Notes: generated by a model from the sequence alone, not told the origin. DNA of 64,000 nt from Eledone cirrhosa (GCA_964016885.1 OZ024743.1:295678001-295742000); one strand, 5' to 3'; positions 28,671-41,968 are shown, numbered from the stretch's first letter. Made by a program: numbers and translations.

Positions 28671-30099
28671 CAGTGGTACTAAAATATATTATAAGATAAT
28701 AATCTGATAATTAGATTGTCTACAATGGGCTGCGAGTAAGTGTCAAAGTAGGAGAATATATTAATATTTTCGGAAGAGTCAGCTATTAAAATCCTTTCAT
28801 TGTTACCGTTAAAGACATGCAATTATGTTCGTCAGGGTGAGTCACTTGCTTTATGTCTTTGAACATACTCTTCTTTTCTGATGGATGAGAGGTGGCTAAA
28901 AGTTTCGCTTCACAATCATTAAGTCACAGGTTTGATTCCAGTGGATGTGGGTGAAACTAAAATGACTTGTGTGGGTGAAATTATGAGTGAAATTGGTTTG
29001 ATGAAAACTGTTTGGAAACCAGTAGGATGGACTGTAGCAGTAATTCAAATGGTAAATCTTGGCACACATTTGTCACGCTGAAGTTCCTTAAGAATTAATC
29101 TAATGGGACATATGCCTGTGGGATATATCAACCATTTCCTCATTAATGTTATGAACAGGTTAGTGTGTTGTTCAGAAAACTGGAACACATAATCGAGACC
29201 GAACTAGATTCATCCCATTCTCTCTTTCGTTCCTATCGAAGAAACTCGACACATGATTTAAACTTAGATGATTATTTAATTACTTGTTTCGTAGTCTTAT
29301 TCGATACCATTCTGAGTGGATTGGACTTTAAAGAAGAAAAATAGAAAATCTCATATACAGTTGGTCTGTCGAAAGCTTATACCTCACTTGCTGCTGCTGA
29401 CGAAATCTTTTCTTTTTTTAGATGACGTGGCAGTGACGTGAAATGACATTTTCACACAGCGTTGAACAGTGTGTGGAATTGGAATGTGAACTCAAAATGC
29501 AAGTACCCTGAGGAAATAGCACAAAACATCGCGAGAAATGCTTTAAAAATTCTCTCAACCTACGGTTCTGAACTTGTATTCATTTATCGATCTCGAATGG
29601 ATGAAAGGCCTTGAAGGAATTTGATCTCACAATGTAGAGAGACTGAACAATTTTATTTAGCTATTTAAATTGTTGGACTCAGCATGACCGAATGTTTAAG
29701 ACATTCATATTTGGTATTGGGTTGGATCCCACTTTGTGGCATTATGAGTAATTCATCATAGCCGTGGGTCGATGAATGCCTTGTGGGTGAAACAGGGTAG
29801 ACAGAATCTGTTTCGACGAAGCTTTTCGGATGGATGACAGTTATAATTTAAAAGGCCAGCTTTCTCACATACTGTACCCCCCTGAAAATGTCATTAAAGA
29901 TAAATGTGTTTGTGGCACACTCATTGCCAAAACCTTTCCATTCCGTTGTTTGGTAAACTGCGATGAGCAGAAAGAAAAACTTGAACAGAATATCTAAAGT
30001 TCTGAATTTAATAAAGAATACATCAGTTTTCACCATGATGGTAGATTGGACGTTAATCTTTAGTACTGTTTTTGTTCTCTTTTGTTTGTTTTCATGTCT

Positions 30100-30225
30100 G
30101 TGTGGACTGAAGCAACGTGAAGTGGTGGTCTTATTTAACGAAACAATCCTATCCAATTTAGAAATCAAATCAATGAGCTTATGATCGCGAGACCAGCACC
30201 CTAACCACAAGGCCACATGACTTCA
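30100..30225 (-). mobile_element. Degenerate tRNA/CORE-like SINE
   Basis: rc begins gtggccttgtggttagggtgctggtctcgcgatc (tRNA A-box-like). Confidence 0.5.
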
Positions 30226-31287
30226 CATTCGTTTAGATAGAATCATTTATTCTTTTATCTTTTATCGCGTAAGATATATTTTTATAAACTTATTTAAATT
30301 TCTTCTTCGTTGCTTTCCTGTTTGGTAAAATGCGGCGAGTAGAGATTGAAATGTGAACAGAATATCGAAAGTTCTGAACTTATTAAAGAATTCTTCGGGT
30401 CACAGCATGGCGGTTGTTTGGAGGTTAACCTTTAGTTAAAAGAGATTAATTAGCTTACTAAGTGATTTCAAGCGTTTGCTTTAAATTCCTTTCTTTACAT
30501 TTACTAAATTTAGAGTAGCTTGAAATATTTTATAGTTTCCACAGGCTATCTACCTAGTTACTCTCGTTTTCTTTTATTCTTAAGTTGCTTCGCTTATTTA
30601 TTTGATTTTGATTTTGTTTTTGTTTTCAAAAAGATAAATGTTGTTTAAAAGAGGGAAAACACCAACAACAATAACTACAACAAACGCAACAACAGTAAAT
30701 TTCTTTTTAATATTTGAAAGTTTTCCTCTCATCAGTTTTGATTCGATCTAGAGTTTTGATCTTTATAGCTTACACTGACTTAGTGAAAAACAATAAAACT
30801 AACTAGCGGCATTTTCTTCACATCAACAGATGTGTGATAAACAAAACTAGATAGACACGCAAAAAATACACACCGATCTTCGTATATATTTGTGTATGAG
30901 GGTATAACTATCTGTGTGTGTTTGTGTGCACAGTTATGTATATGTACTATTTTTACCTCTATATAAATGTGTAATGTGTTGGTGTATCTGCTGGAAATTA
31001 TGATGGTGGTAAAAATTAATAGCCGTGGACACTTATCCAGCTAACCTAAGATCGTCGGGAAAAGGAGATTAGTTTTATTATTGTATAGTAGACAGCCGCA
31101 TAATCTCATATCTTCCTTAGAAAATTCAATATTCAAAATATTATACTTATAAAGCAGTGAAATGTTTTGCGCATATATGCATGTAGACACATACAATCAG
31201 TGAACAAATAAATATATATATTTATCTATCTATCTATCTCTCTATCTATCTATATATATGTATGTATGTATATATATTTATATATAT

Positions 31288-31488
31288 ATGAAAAGAGTTA
31301 GGACCCTCACGGCTGAGCTCCGGCCGTTTCGACAGTTAGATCAGAACTCAGTTCTGATCTAGCTGTCGAAACGGCCGGAGTTCAGCTGTAGGGGTCCTGA
31401 CTCTTTTCATATTACCCACTCTACTACCCTAAATATTGAGTACTCTGGTGCGTTATGGCCCACCTGGTATCTTACTACACCCTCATTG

Positions 31489-31492
<4 letters not shown>
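31288..31492 (+). mobile_element. Family B fold-back element (palindrome 31288-31410 plus tail)
   Basis: Centre agatcagaact c agttctgatct; contains gtcGAAACggcc HHR 3' half; flanked by (TA)n. Confidence 0.85.
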
Positions 31493-31555
<63 letters not shown>

Positions 31556-31562
<7 letters not shown>

Positions 31563-32926
31563 GAAATGACAGGAGGCTGGATTTGTGTAAATCCTTGAAA
31601 GGTTTATTATACTATGATCATTTCAATGACCGGGTTCCGTATGAATCCGGTGATATCATCAGGTATTCGAAATATAATAAGTGAATGTAATAGATAAAAT
31701 CCATGGGGCTGAAAATCAAGGACCCGAGGGCGACCGCCATCCAGCAGCTTCTACCTTTGCCGGTCGCCCTTGAGTGACGTGGCTAAAGCTTACAGTGTGC
31801 TACTACCGGTCAAATAAAGGAAAACAGAAAGGGATGGGAACATAATTTAGCGTTAATATCATGCCACAAGAAAAAAGAAAGAAAGAAAGAAGAGAGAAGA
31901 AGGGGAAAGGAAGAAGAAGAGAAGCCAGGGTTAATGTCAGCTATAAGAAGAAAGACAGAAAGAAAGAGGAGAAAAGGTCGGTATTACAGTCAGGCCAGGA
32001 TTGTCGTGAAGAAATTTGTTTATCTAAGGGACCCGTATCTTAACAACTACTACCGGTCAAATATAGGCAAACAAAAAGGGGAAGGAAGACAGAAAGAAGG
32101 GAGAAGAGAAGGAAGAAAAGGAAGAAGTAGAGAAGTCAGGGTTGATGGCTACAAGAAGAAAGATAGAAAGAAAGAGGAAGAAAGGTCGATATTAATGTCA
32201 GACTACAGTCAGGCCAGGAGTGGCGCGAAACATTTTTTTTTACAGGGACCCGTATCTTAGCAGAGGTAAATATAGTCGGGGGGTCAGTGTGTTATAATGT
32301 GTGAGCAGAAGATTGGAACGTTACGTTTTTGTTTAGACTTATAGGATGAAGTTAAAAATTAATATTTAATATTAAAGAAATTAGAAAATTTAATGTTAAA
32401 CAGTTTAACATTTTTAAGGTTGCGAGGTTTAGGCAAAGAAAGAGTCTTTTATGAAGACACGTAAATTTTATTATAGAGTAAAGATTATGTCTTTGTTTAG
32501 CCTTCAAACAGCATACGGCGACTACAAGCTTGGGCAGCCCAGCCCATCACTCCGAGTGATATCGCCTAGCGAAAGATATGGAAATCGATTTTTCCGAGCA
32601 CTTTAGGAATGTATAACAGGCTTCAGTTGCGCCAGCAGGAAGTCAGCCCGCATCGTTAGGCCATTCTTGTACAAAACCAGTACTATTCCTTTACCCAGGA
32701 GGGGGGGGGGGGGTTCTTAAGTAGAGGGAGGCGTGATACATCTAATAGTTCTGATTTGATCTGTAATTTAAAGGTACTATGTGGCGATTAAAAAAGCGGT
32801 TGTGCGCCGGGCCCCTAGGGCGAAGCAAACCACGCCGAGTTGTTTCATTTACCGAAAGAAGGGGAAATTTATTTTTCCAAGCACTCAAGGTAGGCCTATG
32901 CGCCAGGGGGCCGGTCCCGCCCATCA

Positions 32927-32930
<4 letters not shown>
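31556..32930 (-). mobile_element. Non-coding pLTR/UTR-like element between (TA)n tracts with internal duplicated units
   Basis: HHR near its left end; ctactaccggtcaaata at 31800 and 32048; cagtcaggccagga...agggacccgtatctta occurs twice. Confidence 0.55.
31609..31666 (-). ncRNA. Type I hammerhead ribozyme followed by AATAAA
   Basis: rc: atac CTGATGA t atcaccgg...ccggtcat t GAAA tgatca TA gtat aataaa; palindromic stem III ATGATCAT. Confidence 0.82.
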
Positions 32931-32971
<41 letters not shown>

Positions 32972-32975
<4 letters not shown>

Positions 32976-33172
32976 TTAATATAGATGAGATTCTACAGGA
33001 CTAGAACTGTTTCATTCATTAGAAATCATCAGGAATCTGATTCCTGATGATTTCTAATGAATGATACAGTTCTAGTCCTGTAGAATCTCATCTATATTAA
33101 AACTGTTATACTCTGCTATGTATTGAGTACCTTACTTACTGTGGTTACCTCCGATTCAACCCGGAATAACGT
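32972..33172. mobile_element. Family A fold-back pLTR element with back-to-back HHRs
   Basis: Arms 32972-33037 / 33039-33104, centre ggaatc t gattcc; tail 33105-33172 matches 25303-25371. Confidence 0.9.
32988..33038 (-). ncRNA. Type I hammerhead ribozyme, family A (the + strand twin at 33039-33087 has GAAA>GATA)
   Basis: rc: agattc CTGATGA t ttc taat gaa t GAAAcag ttctagtc ctGTA gaatct. Confidence 0.85.
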
Positions 33173-33291
33173 ATATATATATATATATTGTTCTCGGTAA
33201 GGTGAACTAACTGTTTTGTTACTACTTCTACCAAACTCCTCCCATGGACTGAATGCTCTACCACTACGGATATTACCTTTCAGTGTTCTAC

Positions 33292-33407
<116 letters not shown>

Positions 33408-33603
33408 TACATATATATATATACATATATATATATAAGCAAAGAGATATTTAATTTTCTGGTGATTCAACAAATCTATTTATAACAGATTCGAAGCACT
33501 CTACAAGTTTCCTGGAGTATAATATCAATGGTATTAATAAACGGAACCTGAACCAATAAGGTCTGGTTTCTCTGGTATGTCACGATTTATAAAACAAATT
33601 TTG

Positions 33604-33667
33604 TATTTTATCTGATGAGAGCGTACCAAAGTTTTTTTGGTACCCTTGAAATATATATAATAAAATA
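33604..33667 (+). ncRNA. Type I hammerhead ribozyme
   Basis: tattttat CTGATGA gagcgtacca aagttttt tggtaccctt GAAA tatata TA ataaaata; 8-bp stem I. Confidence 0.82.
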
Positions 33668-33767
33668 AATATGCTTTTATTAATATAGTTTTCCATTTAT
33701 TAATATCATTGATATATATATATGCATGTATGTATATATAAACACACACTTACTCAAAACCCAAATA

Positions 33768-33820
<53 letters not shown>

Positions 33821-34291
33821 TAATTTGACGTACGTATCTCAAACGTATTTGTGTGTGTGTGCGCGCACGTGTGTGCATGTGTGTGCATATATAATTAGGG
33901 AACAGCTTTTCTTTCAAACATGTTCTATAGGAAACGAACCTTTTTGTCTCAGGATTTTCCGTATTTCCTTAGTAATACTTAGCTTGGAACAGTAATGGTC
34001 CCAAATCCATGTGTATTAAAGTTTCGTACCCTTTGCGGCTTCATCATCAGAATCAATTGTCATACTCGTGGTGTCTTAATCCCGTGCTTAGTAGTTGTTG
34101 TAAAATTCCGTGGGAGTGAACTAAAATCGTATACGACTTATTTAAAATACTTGAATGGTTGAAGTATGGCATTTAATATAATTGATTCCTCGTATGATGT
34201 ATCAGTATGTTAATTTTGCCTTTATCGTCTGATATTGGTAGCTATTTCATCGTTGTTCCAATTCTTTCATGAGGAATTCTATATAGAATTA

Positions 34292-34464
34292 CGAGGGTCG
34301 GTTGAAAGGTTATTGGCTGACTATAAAGCTGTGAGATCTTACAGACATTAATTTCACATCTTATTTATAACAGCATTGTTTATTTCCAGCGACTAGTTGA
34401 AGAATAAACCTCATTTGGTCATTCATTTAGGTCAGCAGCCTATGACGTATTCAGCTGAACCTCG
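34292..34464. mobile_element. Mariner-type MITE, relative of 26873-27161
   Basis: TA cgagggtcggttgaaaggtt ... ttcagctgaacctcg. Confidence 0.6.
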
Positions 34465-36183
34465 CATAGTGTTATTGACTAATGGAGTCCTTACTAATTT
34501 GTTTGCAAGCATTATAGGTAAATCTATTGCGATGGTTAATTGTTGTTTTTATGGTTAAGCGATGGGGACGTTTAGCGCCCGCGTGACCTATGAGTAGGAG
34601 CGCTACTGTTCCAAAAACTTATAAGGAAACATGAAAAAATCGTCAAATTGGAGCACAGCCATTATGTCTGTTCAAATGTTTCTCTGTGTGTATTTGAACG
34701 TGATAACTGTGTTTATGTCTGCATGTGTATTTGTGGGAGGGATGTCTGCGTGTATATATTTGTGCGTGTGTGTGTATGTGGGTATGCGAGTGTGTTTCAA
34801 CAAGAGAACAAAACTAAAGACTGATTGGAAGAGTGTACATGTAATGGATTCGGAAAATAGAGAGTCGCAGAATATGGTAATTGGGAAGAAACGTCAATCA
34901 TTCGAGAAAATGATCGCAATCAAAACATCCGAAATCATCTTAAGAAGTGTTCAATTAATAGAATTCCTATAATGTGAGCTTCTCCACATATTTTGGAACA
35001 ATTTAAGGCATTTCACCAAGCTGGCTTATAGACAAGGTGCACTCTATTATCTTCAATTGTTCCAAAAGACATTAACTAGCTCCATATACAGGAGTTTTCT
35101 CCCTTGCTTGCTTCTCCTTACTTGACTATCGTTGAAGGGTGTTCCACTCTTGAAATTGTGAGGTTACTCTCAATTGATTGTTGCTTCATATTGGAGAATT
35201 TGGGGTTTACTAACAAAGAAATATATAATCAATACATAAAATAAAGTGTATGTATTTGATAGGAAACAGAAGCTTTTTGAATGGCAACACTGATTTTCAT
35301 GTTACTAAGTATCCAAAAAATTAAAATAGAGAAACATTATATACACAAGCAAAACATGTACGTAAAAATCAACGAAATCTGACTAGACATTAATATTTAG
35401 TTTGTTAGAAAAAATCGTTCAAAAATGCATCACACATTACTCTATTCAATTGACATAAGCAGTGCATGTGATATATTCATCGTTTAACATACAAATCACA
35501 TGATACTTTTTGTGTTACGTATCATGTTTAAAATACACGAAAGCAAGTATGAGGAGTATTGTTAATGACCTTTTAAGAATTGTAATTTTCCAAATTCGCT
35601 GATCGAATACGTGTGTATATGCATATATGTGCATAAATTTCAAAAAGCGTGCAAATAAACACGGGCATATTGAGAATAGATTACGAAATGGCTATTGAAG
35701 TTAGTCAAAATATATTATACCTTTGATCTAATGCATTGACTTTCTACTAAACGAATAAATTCAGATCTAACTGTGAAGCACAAAAGGAAAAGTGAAGACA
35801 TGTTTACCTAAGTCAATAAGATATATAATTGTTTTATGTATTAATATTTTTTTTCCTTTTATATAGCCACAGATCCGTCATGATAGTTAAAATCGATGAT
35901 TAAATTACTTGAAGATGTAGTGTTTCTTTGAAGACAATTTCCAGTGTGGTGTGCTCTTGCTATACGACGGTGAATTGGGATTTTGAGACGATATTTCTAG
36001 TCATTTTGCGTTTATTGGATGACTGCAAAAACGCAACTGTGTTGAATCATATTTATTGATGACTAGCTTCTCGCAATCACATATTAAAATATTTTGTTCG
36101 CTAAAGATTTGAAACATATTAGAAATCTTTACTCTAATCTACTAATATAATATCCTTGTGTATTCGTCCGTCACACACTAGAA

Positions 36184-36565
36184 ATGACTGAGGAGGGAAG
36201 GGGTGAGTACATCGACTGAGGAAGGAAGGGGTGATTACGTCGATTAAGGAAGGAATGGGTGATTACGTCGATGGAGAAAGAAAGGGGTGATTACGTCAAC
36301 TGAAAAAGGAAGGACTGGTTACGTCGACTGAGAAAGGAAGGGGTGATTACTTCGGCTGAGGAAGGAAGGGTAGCAACGTCTAATATTCGCTACACCTGTG
36401 TGTATATAGTGAATTGGCTGTTATGATTGTGTGTGTGTTTGTATGTGTTTGTATGTGTTTGTATACACACACAGGTGTAGCGAATATTAGACGTTGCCAC
36501 CCTTCCTTCCTCAGCCGAAGTAATCACCCCTTCCTTTCTCAGTCGACGTAACCAGTCCTTCCTTA
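36184..36565. repeat. ~29 bp minisatellite (about 7 units, 36184-36375) with inverted partial copy (36471-36565)
   Basis: Unit tcgactgaggaaggaaggggtgattacg; 36471-36565 is the rc of ~36307-36401. Confidence 0.85.
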
Positions 36566-37092
36566 TATTATACACAATATCTGTGTGATTGTTTGTGAGT
36601 GTTTATTTAGAATTACAAACACACATGAATCAACACATACATATATATCAGCTGACACACTTAGAAACAAATTATTATTACATACACACACCTCTATGTG
36701 ATGACTGAGGAAGGAGAAGGGGATTTGAAACTATAAAAGTCCAGCGTTCTACTATTCCTCACAGCTGTATGTTTGTACGTTTGTATCACTCGTGTGAGAG
36801 CGTGCGAAGATACCAACCAACAAATAAGCAAACATCTCTTTTTTATACTACGTATAGATATTACAATTATCCGTCATTTTTTATGAATATATAATCAATA
36901 ATTTCATTGCCTCAATTCTCCATATACTAATATATATATATTAGTATATGTTGGTTGTTTACCGGCACCTTAGTATGCAGATTGGAGCATTCGACGAAGT
37001 ACGCAGGTTGATTTGTTTACTCCGAAGTAATGTAAAATAATTAAGTCAAATATGTAAAATTTGGCTTCGTTTATTATAAATTATAGATATAC

Positions 37093-37143
37093 TACTATAT
37101 ATATTTCGATGACAGCCATCATTGGCTGTGACCTCTTCAGGCA
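37093..37143 (-). ncRNA. Type I hammerhead ribozyme
   Basis: rc: tgc CTGAAGA ggtcacagcca atga tggctgtcatc GAAA tatata TA gta. Confidence 0.78.
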
Positions 37144-37260
37144 TGATGCCAGTTCCTCAGAAGAAGAACAACACAACCAGGAGCTGGACATATCGATGTA
37201 TTGACGGAGTAAAACACACTTCAACAACACGTGTACCTGTCTTTCCCACACTAGTTCGGA

Positions 37261-37313
37261 CTGCCTGCAGATGTCACAGCCAATGATGGCTGTCACCGAA
37301 ATAAATATAGCAG
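37261..37313 (+). ncRNA. Type I hammerhead ribozyme (diverged twin)
   Basis: ctgc CTGCAGA tgtcacagcca atga tggctgtcacc GAAA taaata TA gcag. Confidence 0.65.
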
Positions 37314-37363
37314 AATATCTATAAATTATAATAAATGAAGCCAAATTTTACATATTTGAATTA

Positions 37364-37404
<41 letters not shown>

Positions 37405-37581
37405 AGAAGAAGTTTACGAAATGGAAATGCGGCTATATAGAATTTATTAGGTAACAATTGTTTCTATAGTGTATGGGTTACCTATACCTCGCTATTTGAA
37501 TAATATACAAATATTATCATAAACCGAAGGTACACTGTAAGCACACACACCTTTGTATTATATATTGAATTATTATTAATT

Positions 37582-37641
<60 letters not shown>

Positions 37642-38433
37642 TGATGTAAGCCTCATTTGTTTCAACGATTATCATCCATTTATTGATCATCTGAACGTCA
37701 AATTCATAAATTGACGAGTAAGTGATGGAATATGCATAGCATTTTTATAAACACCACAATCACCTTAGTAGTTGACTTAAGTTAGAACATAGAGTCAATA
37801 CTATTAGGTATATTGTCCGGTGCAATATTTCTCACAAATGCTGACATTTCATCCATGGTAAGAATGTAAATTATAAAGAAAATTATTAAATGAGACCCTA
37901 AAAATAATTGACCACTAGATAAAAAGACATTTAATGACACCATGAAAGATAAATGTCGAGCAATTTTCACGATGAAGTCGGTTGATAGTCGAATCTGTCC
38001 TGTACGGGAGAATAGCTGTTTGACAAAATTCCACAAGTCAATAATTCTCGGACACTTTACAAGTGTGTTCAGAATGGTTTCAACGCTCTGTGCGCATCTC
38101 GGGTATGTCCGCTTGACAGCACTTCCGTGTCTATAGAATTTGTCTCAAATTTGACGTGGCATCTAGTAGCTCTGTCACGTCAGGTATTTCTGAATCTTAT
38201 CCGCAGTCTCCGACTCGAATGTTCACCTGTCTTAGAATGTATTATTGTATTATTGTATTATATTGTCACTTTTTGTTTGTTTGTATTTGAATGATTAGAA
38301 CATCTATGCTCCTCAGGATATGTAGAGCAGCGGACCGGCCCCCAGTATATCTATTGAGGCACAGCGCACCCTCTTACATTGAAACGTTTGTGCAGTAAAA
38401 TAATGTTGTAAATCTTAACTGATTATTAATTGT

Positions 38434-38513
<80 letters not shown>

Positions 38514-38686
38514 TAAAAATTAGGATTGGTGCTCTGAAATAGCGATGTATACATGAATGAAAGTATAGTATATTTGCCAATATAACGTATGTTTAATTAA
38601 AAACATTTTGAAGACCTTGCGCTATCATTTGAAATGAGTGACTATGTCACTTACTTCTTTTTTTTCAGGCAAAGGAAGGGAGAGAA

Positions 38687-38727
38687 GCTGAGAGATTCTG
38701 TTTCACACAGTTGGTGTTCCTCAGAGC
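38687..38727 (-). ncRNA. Type I hammerhead ribozyme (stem III mismatch)
   Basis: rc: gct CTGAGGA acac caact gtgt GAAAcag aat ctcTC agc. Confidence 0.65.
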
Positions 38728-38932
38728 AACGTACTCCCTGCCTCTGCCGAAAATTATAGAGGCTGGATTCTTATAGAATTCCAGTAATAATCAGGAACTG
38801 ATTATACCAATCCTAAATTATTTTTAATTTTTGCTGGACCGGCAATTGCTCTGTATAATCAGTTCCTGATTATTACTGGAATTCTATAAGAATCCAGTCT
38901 CTATAAGTTTCGGCAGAGGCAGGGAGTACGTT

Positions 38933-38973
38933 GATCTGAGGAACACCAACAGTGTGAAACAGAATCTGTCAGC
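38933..38973 (+). ncRNA. Type I hammerhead ribozyme (stem I mismatch)
   Basis: gat CTGAGGA acac caaca gtgt GAAAcag aat ctGTC agc. Confidence 0.7.
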
Positions 38974-39113
38974 TTCTCTCCCTTCCTTTCCCGGAAAAAA
39001 AGAAGTAAGTGACATAGTCACTACTATAAAAAGATAGCGCAAGGTCTTCAAAATGTTTTAAATTAAACAAACGGTATATTGCCAAATATACTATACATAC
39101 ATTCATATATATA

Positions 39114-40421
39114 CAGGATGTGGACGATATTTGTTCGCAACTTTCAACTGCTAATTTTATGCAAATTTTTTTTTAATTCCGTTGTCACTCTTGTCTTCAT
39201 GAAAACAGTGACTATATTTCCATTATATATTTTCAGAATAATTGATTATGAATAATTTTGAACCTCCAAATTTGTGGAAGAGACACGGAGTTCTTCTTGG
39301 AATCCGCGCCGGGAGTACAAATAAGGAAATTTTAGACTTTCTCAGCGTCAGCAGGAGAATGGTGGAATAGGTCACAAAGGAATTGGAAGATTCAGGATTC
39401 GACTTCGAAGCAACATCAGAGAGGAAAACACATGATCGACGATCTAACGCCTTCAGAACGCCCGAGATCGTCGCTGAAGTTCAGGATATGATCAACAATG
39501 AACCTAGCAAGTCGATGCGTGCGTGCCATTGCAATGGAGAAAGGCGTGGATCAAAAGCTCATGAGCCTGGTGGTACATGAAGACATTTGCTACGTTTCAT
39601 ACAAGATGAGGAAAGGACAATTTCTGTCAAAGGCGATCCAAGAAAGGCGACTGAAGCACGCAAAGAAGCTGATCAACAAGTTGAAACACTCACTGGAGCC
39701 AGACATGCTGTGGTTTTTCTTCGAGGAGAAAAACTTCTGCCAATACCAGAAGATTAACTCCCAGAACAACAGGTGGCTCGCTGTCTCATCCCAAGACGTG
39801 CCCAGAGTCATGCAGACAAAGATTCCAACGACAACATTGGTCTTAGGTGTCGTCAACAGTCAAGGTGACGTCATGCCACTCACTTCTTCCCTGAGGGCCT
39901 CAAGCTGAACACCGATGGCTACATCCGCGTTTGGAGCGAGGTAGTAAAGCCCTGGATCGACCAGGTAGTTGCAGATAGGCCGTACATGTGGCAGCAAGAC
40001 TCAGCGCCCTGCCATACCAGCCGAAAAACCCAAGCCTGGCTGTCAGAGAACTTCGTCGACCACACTTCACCTGACATCTGGCCTCCCAGCTCGCCTGACT
40101 GCAACCCCCTCGACTTCTTTGTGAGGGGCGCAGTGGAACAAGACACCAACAGATGTAGCTGCAATACGAAAGACGATCTAAAGACCAGGATCACAAGTGC
40201 CTTTAGGAGTCTAAGTCGGGGGACAGCGACGAAGGACTGTAGCCGGTTCCAAGGCCGCCTTGAGGCAGTTATCAAAATCAATGGCGGGTTTATCGAGTGA
40301 GATCGAAAGAACAAGTCATGAAGACAAACTGATCCAAGTTTTATATATATATCTTAAAAAATAAAACTACTGTGCTATTTCTTCCTAGACAGTAATCTTG
40401 AGAACAAATATCGTCCGCAAC

Positions 40422-40424
<3 letters not shown>
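39114..40424 (+). mobile_element. Full-length Tc1/mariner superfamily transposon, DD37D (maT) type
   Basis: TIRs caggatgtggacgatatttgttcgcaa / ttgagaacaaatatcgtccgcaacctt, TA on both sides, ~1.3 kb. Confidence 0.9.
39248..40300 (+). pseudogene. Frameshifted DD37D transposase
   Basis: WFFFEEKNF (first D lost), WQQDSAPCH, SPDCNPLDFF with 37 residues between the last two D; split over several frames. Confidence 0.9.
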
Positions 40425-40468
<44 letters not shown>

Positions 40469-40849
40469 GAAAAAAGATGAAATCGAAAATGCAACTGGAG
40501 TCTTATTTTTTTTTAAATATATATATTTATTTGGTTCCTTTACCGGTTTCGCAGTTGTTCTGCTTTTTAAAAGTATAGTTGAGATGGAGCGTTTGTGGTT
40601 CTTCTCATCTCTCTAATTCAAAAAAGAGATGAGTAGGACCAAATTAACATTCCTAGATATAATGATAATCAAAGACGACACCACCATTACCACGGATATA
40701 TATTATAAACACACACACCCATCAATTTTAAGTCGTGCCATCCCCCTCGTACAAAACGCAACATCCCATACTGCCTAGCCAGAAGAATTTGTACCATTTT
40801 AGAAGATACGAATACCAGGTACAAACGCCTAACAGAACTAAGAGAATTT

Positions 40850-41560
40850 TTGCTCAAACAAAAATACCCATCTCTACTTATAGAAAATGGCATACAGCGG
40901 GCTATAAAAATACCTATACAACAACTTAGGACAACCCAAGGAAGAAGAAACCAAGAACTGGTCATACCATTTATAATGACACACAACCCATGTCACCAGA
41001 ATTGCTTCAACACTGCCAAAGCAAACCGGCTGATCATTGCTCAAAGTAATGAATTAAAAAGCTTAATCACAGATCGATCTTTGACTCTTAATAAAAGACA
41101 GCCGAAAAATTTGAAGCAATTACTAACAAAAGCAAAGTTTGACCTTAACAACAAAGACCAATCATTCACTGTATCTAAATGCAATGATAGTCGATGTGGC
41201 ACATGTCAATCCAAACACGCCGGTCAATATATGAAAACAAAAACTGGAAAAATATTCCCAAATGCAAATATGAACTGCAAAAGCAGAAATCTAATTTACT
41301 GCATTAAATGCCCGAATTGGGAAGAAATATATGTCGGTCAAACTGGAAATACACTATCGGAACGTGCACGGGTACACCGACAGAAAATCAGAGACCCAAA
41401 TGTCCGTCAGATACCCCTAAGTAACCATCTAGCAACATGTGGTCAGGGAACATTTATAACATTCCCATTCTACAAATTACACAGCCCAAGTGAAATCAAG
41501 AGAAAAATCAAAGAAAAGAATTTTATTGATAAATTCAAACCCAAGCGAAATGAACAATAA
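40850..41560 (+). CDS. PLE polyprotein C-terminus with GIY-YIG endonuclease (fragment)
   Basis: KRQPKNLKQLL, KCNDSRCGTC, LIYCIKC...IYVGQTG, RARVHR, EKNFIDKFKP. Confidence 0.88.
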   Translation: MLKQKYPSLLIENGIQRAIKIPIQQLRTTQGRRNQELVIPFIMTHNPCHQNCFNTAKANRLIIAQSNELKSLITDRSLTLNKRQPKNLKQLLTKAKFDLNNKDQSFTVSKCNDSRCGTCQSKHAGQYMKTKTGKIFPNANMNCKSRNLIYCIKCPNWEEIYVGQTGNTLSERARVHRQKIRDPNVRQIPLSNHLATCGQGTFITFPFYKLHSPSEIKRKIKEKNFIDKFKPKRNEQ

Positions 41561-41929
41561 TAATGGGGATTACTCCTACTATGACTATGACTACGAGCAT
41601 GTCGACTACGACCACTAACAACAATAATAATAATAATAAAAGTGATGTTGATGGTGATGATTACTAGAAAATGCTATTTTCATCATTTCTAAAAATAGCA
41701 AAACAATTGATGCTCCTGATAGGATCAATTAGTGGTCGTTAGACATGCTCAATCAACCGTGATGCCTAAACCAATTAGCTTTAGTAATCCAGTGAAACTA
41801 CACACCGATTGGTCGAAATCAGTTTGGAAGATTTAGCATTCTGGAGCCACTTTTCACTGTATATAAGGCACAAAATTTACCCATCTTATTACAGTTGAAA
41901 ATTGTAAACTTGACTGTCACCACACATTA

Positions 41930-41968
41930 TGAACCTGAAGATTACGAAAGCGTGAAAGTACTTGTTCA
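41930..41968 (+). ncRNA. Minimal type I hammerhead ribozyme with palindromic stem III
   Basis: tgaac CTGAAGA tt acg aaag cgt GAAA gtac TT gttca; AAGTACTT palindrome. Confidence 0.8.

Larger units (their letters stand above)
36945..37366. mobile_element. Fold-back pLTR element, arms ~37038-37144 and 37262-37366, with a left tail
   Basis: Arms are imperfect reverse complements, each with an HHR; TA-rich flanks. Confidence 0.8.
38510..39108. mobile_element. Fold-back pLTR element, arms ~38549-38806 and ~38854-39108
   Basis: Arms are reverse complements around a ~47 bp spacer, each with an HHR. Confidence 0.88.

Noticed and set aside
36184-36375. CRISPR-like periodic array
   Set aside because: Units are contiguous with no unique spacers, there are no cas genes, and the context is eukaryotic
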